DNA of 61,878 nucleotides, taken from NCBI GenBank assembly GCA_020845935.1, contig JADLEV010000052.1, forward strand, positions 1 through 61,878, written 5' to 3'. Both the position numbers and the translations under genes were made by a program. Within the stretch, counting starts at the first letter, position 1, and the number at the start of each line of letters is the position of its first letter. The DNA is from Gammaproteobacteria bacterium (GTDB lineage: Bacteria > Pseudomonadota > Gammaproteobacteria > Ga0077536). This document shows, piece by piece, positions 55,209 to 61,878 of this stretch. The notes under the pieces are model-generated. The model was not told the DNA's origin. It did not search any database and saw nothing but the letters and a program-made list of their open reading frames with translations.

Positions 55209-55254
55209 TTAGCGCTATTTTTCTCATGACGACTGACTGGCCGGGCCTGACACC

Positions 55255-55458
55255 ATGTATCTCTGCATCTGCAACGCCGTTACCGAGCGCGACGTCGCAA
55301 ACCTCGTCGACCAGGGGGTTACTTCGCTGGGCGAACTGCGCTCGCGACTACGGGTCGCCGATGGCTGCGGCGGATGCCGGGACGATGCCGAGCAATTTCT
55401 CCGTCGCCAAGCATGCAGCCGGGGAACGAACGCTACCGCTCAGCTGGCGGGTCGTTGA
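55255..55458 (+). CDS. bfd: Bacterioferritin-associated ferredoxin
   Basis: MYLCICNAVTERD...ADGCGGC is the BFD-like [2Fe-2S] motif. Confidence 0.8.
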   Translation: MYLCICNAVTERDVANLVDQGVTSLGELRSRLRVADGCGGCRDDAEQFLRRQACSRGTNATAQLAGR

Positions 55459-55586
55459 AGAAAACGATATCGCGAGCAATCGTGAGCAGCCTGCCGGTCA
55501 GGTGCTGAGCGATTCTCGGCGGATTCGGGTCCGCATTTCCTTGCCAACTGCTGGAAGCCAAGCGCCTCCGCACCAACCCTCGGTTG

Positions 55587-56348
55587 TTACAGCCGCGCAC
55601 CAGCGCGGTCGCCGCACACGGGGCATGCCGGATCGCGGTGTACGCGGATGGTGTGCCATTCAAGGTGCAGTCCATCCAGACACAGCAGGCGGCCGCAAAG
55701 CGGCGTGCCGGTACCGGTCAGAAGCTTCACCGCCTCCATGGCCTGAATGCTGCCGATGATGCCGAGCAGCGGTGCCACCACGCCGGTTCTGGCACAGGTC
55801 TCCTGTTCCGTGCCGGTGTCGTCATAGAGGCAGCGATAGCACGGACTATCGCCCTGGCCAGGAAAAAACACACTGACCTGGCCGTCGAATCGCGTTGCGC
55901 CGCCGAACACGAACGGCTTGCGCTGACGCAGGCACGCCTGGTTGGCAACGAATCTCGTGGCTGCGTTGTCAGAGCCGTCAATGACGAGATCCACCCGGGC
56001 AACCAGATCATCCGCCGACTCCGAGTAGAAGCGCTGCGCGAGACCATCGACACGGACGTGAGGATTCAACGCGCGCAGCCGATCCGCGGCCGAGACGACT
56101 TTCAGCCGCTCCAGATCGCTCGTGGCGTGAATGATCTGACGTTGCAGGTTCGACAGCTCGACGATGTCCGGATCAATCAAGACCAGGTGACCGACGCCCG
56201 CGGCCGCGAGATACATCGCGATCGGAGAACCAAGACCACCGAGACCGATGATCAGCGCGCTTGCCTGAGCGAGCCGCAGCTGGCCCTGAAGATCAATTTC
56301 CGGTACGAGGATCTGCCGGCTGTAACGTAGCAATTGCTGATCGTCCAT
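55587..56348 (-). CDS. moeB: Molybdopterin-synthase adenylyltransferase (ThiF/MoeB family)
   Basis: LIIGLGGLGSPIAMYLAAAGVG nucleotide motif. CYRC...CPVC zinc pairs. Confidence 0.8.
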   Translation of the reverse strand: MDDQQLLRYSRQILVPEIDLQGQLRLAQASALIIGLGGLGSPIAMYLAAAGVGHLVLIDPDIVELSNLQRQIIHATSDLERLKVVSAADRLRALNPHVRVDGLAQRFYSESADDLVARVDLVIDGSDNAATRFVANQACLRQRKPFVFGGATRFDGQVSVFFPGQGDSPCYRCLYDDTGTEQETCARTGVVAPLLGIIGSIQAMEAVKLLTGTGTPLCGRLLCLDGLHLEWHTIRVHRDPACPVCGDRAGARL

Positions 56349-56374
56349 CGTAATTCGCGTGCGACGTTGCCGCG

Positions 56375-56779
56375 TCAGGATGTCTGATACTTCCGCCAGT
56401 GCTGCGGACGTTCGTCACGCCGGCCGTGGCGCCGGTGGCGGTACTGGCTTTGGTAGATGTCCCGGACCAGCGTGTCCCAGTCGATCTGGCGCGCACGCTT
56501 TCGTTCGATCTGAACATCCTCGGTCAGCAACCAAAGCACCGTACGCCAGCGCCAACCGAGGGCCGAGCTTGGTGCATTGCCGGCGGCCCGCAGGTGTGGC
56601 AGCAACTCGCGCAAGGTCACGCGGTGCAGGTCATAACGGAGGCGCAGGATCCGACCCGCTGGCACGACATCGTTTACCCCGGGCATCGCCCGCAGAGCGG
56701 CAAGGCACTGATCGTCCAGCGTAAGTGGCAGGTGGCGCTCCCTGAGCCACGAACCATCGTTGGCATCTGACCTGGCCAC
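56375..56779 (-). CDS. Hypothetical protein
   Basis: ORF between prmC and moeB. GTG 56779 (4 nt after the prmC stop) avoids the 70-nt overlap implied by the track start. Arg/His-rich C-terminus. No family recognised. Confidence 0.35.
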   Translation of the reverse strand: MARSDANDGSWLRERHLPLTLDDQCLAALRAMPGVNDVVPAGRILRLRYDLHRVTLRELLPHLRAAGNAPSSALGWRWRTVLWLLTEDVQIERKRARQIDWDTLVRDIYQSQYRHRRHGRRDERPQHWRKYQTS

Positions 56780-56783
56780 GGTA

Positions 56784-57625
56784 TTACAGACACCCCATGG
56801 TGACGCGGTCGTGCCCCTGTAGATCCACTGCGGTGACCACGTCTGTGAAGCCATGTCCTGTCATGCAATCTCGGACGAGACCAGCCTGTGTCGCGCCATG
56901 CTCCAGCAGCAAGCGCCCACCAACCCGCAATCGCGCCGGGGTCCGCTCGATGATGTGCCGGATCGCTGCCATGCCGTCCATGCCGCCATCGAGCGCCGCT
57001 CTAGGTTCGAAGCCGGTCGGGCCCTGACGCAGCGCCGGATCCGAGGAACACACGTAGGGCGGATTGCTGACGATGAGGTCGTAATTGCCAGGCGGTACGG
57101 CCGTAAACCAGTCACCTTGCAGCAGACGCACGCGCCCGGGGGCAAGGCGAACGACGTTCCGCTCGGCGATGCGCAACGCGCCAGGACTGCGCTCGACGGC
57201 GTCGATTCGCACACGCGGACGTTCACGCGCCAGCGCGATCACGATGGCCCCCGAACCCGTACCAAGATCGAGAATCCGCGCATCGCTTTCACTTGGCAGC
57301 ACGTCCAACGCAAGCTGAACCAGCAATTCTGTCTCCGGCCGCGGCACCAGCGTGGCGGCGGACACCTGCAGTTCGAGGCTCCAGAATTCCTTGGTGCCAG
57401 TAAGGTACGCGATCGGGACCCCTAGGCGACGGGCGCGCAGCCGCCGCCGGAACCGGGCAACGGCGCCTGACGTCAGCGGCGCATCGCCGTCCCGGTACAA
57501 AGCGACGCGATCGAGTTGGCACGTGCTGGCGAGCAACACCTCGGCGTCGAGACGGGCGCTTTCGCTCGCTGCCAACAAGGCGTGCCCTTCCCGCAGCAGC
57601 TGCCGCAGCGTTGGCTTCGGGTCGG

Positions 57626-57629
<4 letters not shown>
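56784..57629 (-). CDS. prmC: Release-factor glutamine N5-methyltransferase
   Basis: [14 protein letters not shown] motif and SNPPY catalytic motif. Overlaps the prfA stop. Confidence 0.9.
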
Positions 57630-58710
<1,081 letters not shown>

Positions 58711-58714
<4 letters not shown>

Positions 58715-60015
58715 GATTGTGCCGAGGCAGTGCCGTCGTCCTTGGATGTCGTGCTATCGCCATCGGGATCCAGACCCCAGAGCCGGCGGGCATTTTCGAG
58801 CAATGCCAGATTGGCCGCGGCATCCGCTTCGCGCAGACGGGTGGTCGGTGTATGCAGCAGGCGATTCATCAGCGCTTGCGTCGCGTGCGCCATCACCTTG
58901 ACCGGATCTTCGCCGGCATCCAGGCGCTTGGCCGCTTGGCGCATGACTTCTTCGCGATGGTGGGCCGCCTGGGCGCGCAGATCGCGGATGGTGTCGACTG
59001 CATTCAGCGATTGCAGCCAGTCCATGTATTCCTGGGTGTAGATGTTGACCAGCTCATCCGCCTTCGCCGCCGCGAGTTGGCGCGCTTCGAGGTTGTCATC
59101 AACCACGCGCTGCAATTGGTCGATGTCGTAAAGGAATACATCCTCCAGATCGCCGGCTTCGGGTTCCACATCGCGGGGCACCGCCAGATCGGCAATGAAC
59201 ATCGGTTGGTGACGTCGCGTGCGCATCGCGGCGGCGAGACCTTCGCGGGTAATGATCGGCAGGCGGCTCGCGGTGGAACAGATAACGATGTCCGCCTGCG
59301 GCAGCACGTTCGGCAAATCGGTCAGGCCGATAGCCTGACCCTCGAACCGTGCCGCCAGTTCCTCGGCGCGCGCCAGCGAGCGATTGGCGACGATCAGCCG
59401 CTCGAGGTCGCGCTCGAACAGGTGCATCGCGACCAGCCTTATCGTGTCTCCGGCGCCGATCAGCAGCGCGGTCTTGTGACGCAGATCGCCGTGGATCTGC
59501 ACCGCCAGCCGGACCGCGGTGAACGCCACGGAGACCGAGTTGGTGCCGATTTCGGTGGTCGAGCGGACCGCCTTGGCGACATGAAACGAAAACTGGAGCA
59601 ACCGTTCAAACAGCTTGCCAGTGGTTCCGGCGGCGTTCGCGGCGCGATAGGCATCCTTGAGCTGGCCAAGGATCTGCGGCTCGCCAAGTACCATCGAATC
59701 CAGACCGCAGGCCACCCGCAGCAGGTGGCGGACCGCAAGGTCGTCCTGCTGCTGGTACAGGAACGGCGTGATCGTTTCGGCGGCAAGCGCGCCCTGCCGA
59801 ACCAGCCACTCCATCGGCTGTCGAACACTTGCGGATTCGATGCAGCAGTAGAGTTCGGTTCGATTGCAGGTCGAAAGAATCAGCGATTCGCTGACCGCGC
59901 CGCCGGCGTTCAGCTCGCGCAGGGCGCCCGGCAGCCGTTCGGCGTCAATCACAAGCTTCTCGCGGACCCCGATGGGCGCGGTCTTGTGGCTGATACCCAG
60001 CATCAATAATGGCAT
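58711..60015 (-). CDS. hemA: Glutamyl-tRNA reductase
   Basis: [16 protein letters not shown] and [10 protein letters not shown] catalytic Cys motif. LIGAGDT NADPH motif. Confidence 0.95.
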
Positions 60016-60293
60016 GTCGGCATACTGCGTCTGGCAGCCTGTTGGGCCATCGTCGCACGTCGCCCGGGGGCAGGGTCCTGTTGTCCGTTCATTCGTGGTT
60101 TATTGCGATGATTGATAAAGAGAATGAACACCAACAGGAACCAGCATCCCGTGCTGCGCAGCAACTGGGCCTGAGTCCGACCGGCTGCTCGCAGGGGATC
60201 CTGGCGCATGAACCCCAAGCATAACTGCGATATAGTTTATCGCACGGTTGCCGATCAGTTTGCAGGCCTTCAGCTCGTAGTGGATACCAGGTT

Positions 60294-61878
60294 ATGGCGA
60301 TGACGATGCGCCCGGTTGTGCGCAGGGGGCCGGTGGCCGTGGTTTGCCTTGCGCTTACATGGCTTGCCGGCTGTACCTCCGTACCGAAAGCCTCCCTGGA
60401 CCCGATGATCGTGCCGACGCCGCCGGAGGTTGCCGGGTCCGTGGCGGATGAACCGGTCACGCCGCCGGCGCCCCGCGCGGAGCCTGCCAGGCAACCGACA
60501 CCCAGGCTGCGCAGCGCAGTTCCGCTATCCGGTCTGCTTTCCGAAGACGCAATGTACCGTTTGCTGGTGGCGGAGTTCGCCATACGGCGTGGCAGCCCGG
60601 CGGATGCGGTGACGAATTACCTCGAGGTCGCCCGCGAGACGCGTCATCCGGAACTGGCGCAGCGGGCGGCTGCGATAGCACTCTACGCCCGCGACAACGA
60701 GGCGACACTTGAAGCCGCGCAGCTCTGGGCCGAAACGGATCCTGATGACATGGAGGCGCGCCAGATCATTGTCGCGATGCACGTTCGGGCGCGCGACGCG
60801 GAGCGGGCGTTCGCGAGCCTCGAAGATCTGCTGGGCCGGGATGCCGCCAATGCCGAAGCGAATTTACGGTCGATGGCCAATTTTCTGAGCCGCGAACCGG
60901 ATCGGGATATCGCGCTGGTGGTATTGCGGCGCCTGGCCGACAAGCGGCCGGAATATATCCCGGCGCAATTGGCCTTCGCGGTGCTTGCCATTCGGGCGAA
61001 CCAGCTCCCGGAAGCGCGCGCGGTCATGGATCGCCTGGTCGCGCAGGGTCAAATCGATGCCGCGATCGCACAGTCCTATCTATCCGTGTTGCAACAGCAG
61101 GGAGAGCAGTCCGGTGCCATCGCGTGGCTGGAGCGGGTCCTGGCCGAGCGTCCCGAGGATTTCGAACTTCGCCAGATTTATGCCCGACTGCTGCTCGATG
61201 CCCGACGGTTCGACGCGGCATTGAGCGAGTACGTGTCGTTGTCGAAGGCGCAACCGGAGCGGGAAGACATCGTGTTCACGCTTGGTCTGCTGAGCCTGCA
61301 ATTGAACCGCGTCGAACAGGCCAATGGTTACTTCAACAAGGTGCTTGAACTCAATCATGGCTTCACCGATCAGGCGCACTTCTACCTGGGGCAGATCGCC
61401 GAATCGCAACAGGCGACCGAGTTGGCGGTGCAACACTATCGACGGGTCAGCGATACGCTCGGCACGGCGGATACCTATCTCGATGCACAAATCCGGATAG
61501 GCATGTTGCTGGCGAAAGGCGGTCGCATCGCTGAAGCACGTGCCCACTTGCACGGGGTGCGACCGCATAACGAAGCGCAGCGCGTCGAATTGGCGCTCGC
61601 CGAAGGAGAAATCCTCACCGAGCAGGGGCGGCCGCAGGAAGCCATGATCGTCTACAACGCGGCGATCGACGAGAGTTACAACAAGAATCTGCTGTATGCA
61701 CGGGCAATGCTGGCGGAGAAGATCGATCGACTCGATATCCTCGAAGCGGACCTGCGGACCATCATCGCGCGCGACCCGGACGACATCGAAGCACTGAATG
61801 CGCTCGGCTATACGCTGGCCGACCGCACGGACCGGGTGCAGGAAGCGTACCAGCTGATCGCGCGAGCACTGCAGCTCG
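60294..61878 (+). CDS. TPR-repeat lipoprotein (3' partial, open to the window edge)
   Basis: Not in the ORF track because there is no stop in the window. I translated it by hand: MAMTMRPVVRRGPVAVVCLALTWLAGC (lipobox), then ~500 aa of TPR-like helices with no stop codon. Divergent from hemA, as in pseudomonads. Confidence 0.7.
   Translation, partial: MAMTMRPVVRRGPVAVVCLALTWLAGCTSVPKASLDPMIVPTPPEVAGSVADEPVTPPAPRAEPARQPTPRLRSAVPLSGLLSEDAMYRLLVAEFAIRRGSPADAVTNYLEVARETRHPELAQRAAAIALYARDNEATLEAAQLWAETDPDDMEARQIIVAMHVRARDAERAFASLEDLLGRDAANAEANLRSMANFLSREPDRDIALVVLRRLADKRPEYIPAQLAFAVLAIRANQLPEARAVMDRLVAQGQIDAAIAQSYLSVLQQQGEQSGAIAWLERVLAERPEDFELRQIYARLLLDARRFDAALSEYVSLSKAQPEREDIVFTLGLLSLQLNRVEQANGYFNKVLELNHGFTDQAHFYLGQIAESQQATELAVQHYRRVSDTLGTADTYLDAQIRIGMLLAKGGRIAEARAHLHGVRPHNEAQRVELALAEGEILTEQGRPQEAMIVYNAAIDESYNKNLLYARAMLAEKIDRLDILEADLRTIIARDPDDIEALNALGYTLADRTDRVQEAYQLIARALQL

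Overview
High-GC (about 65% by eye) proteobacterial chromosome segment. The housekeeping synteny looks gammaproteobacterial (Pseudomonas/Xanthomonas-like). All product calls come from reading motifs in the supplied translations. No database search or HMM was run. Most of the window is conserved core genome, in these blocks: rpoN-hpf-ptsN-hprK-rapZ-ptsH-ptsI; lptCAB-kdsCD; ybgC-tolQRAB-pal-cpoB-queEC; yebC-ruvCAB; nrtR-like-nadA; aspS; pobA; mtfA/arfB/uvrD; tRNA-Arg(CCG); GGDEF-dsbA-cytochrome c4-engB; rpmE/bfr/bfd; moeB-prmC-prfA-hemA; and a TPR lipoprotein that runs off the 3' edge. Two segments look accessory. (1) 1302-11875 is a tightly packed eight-gene operon: HdrD-like, double HdrA-like, MvhD-like, NuoE-like, NuoF-like, a NuoG-N-terminal-like ferredoxin, a ~648-aa tungsten aldehyde:ferredoxin-oxidoreductase (AOR) family protein and a poly-ferredoxin. 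This is the component list of the ATP-independent class II benzoyl-CoA reductase (BamB-I), in permuted order, with no pathway partners nearby, and preceded by an FNR-like box. (2) About 34.7-41.7 kb is a mosaic, partly lower-GC island lying between nrtR/nadA and aspS. It holds a truncated prepilin-type ORF, a decayed REP-associated (Y1/IS200-like) transposase, ~55-nt hairpin repeats, a 3x10-bp tandem repeat and an orphan membrane protein. It also holds an IS4-family transposase split by an apparently intact IS3-family element, a methyltransferase translationally coupled to an osmoprotectant-type ABC importer, a 35-nt inverted-repeat pair and a YD-repeat fragment. No CRISPR array or rRNA was seen. 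The many long antisense ORFs in the track are treated as high-GC artefacts.
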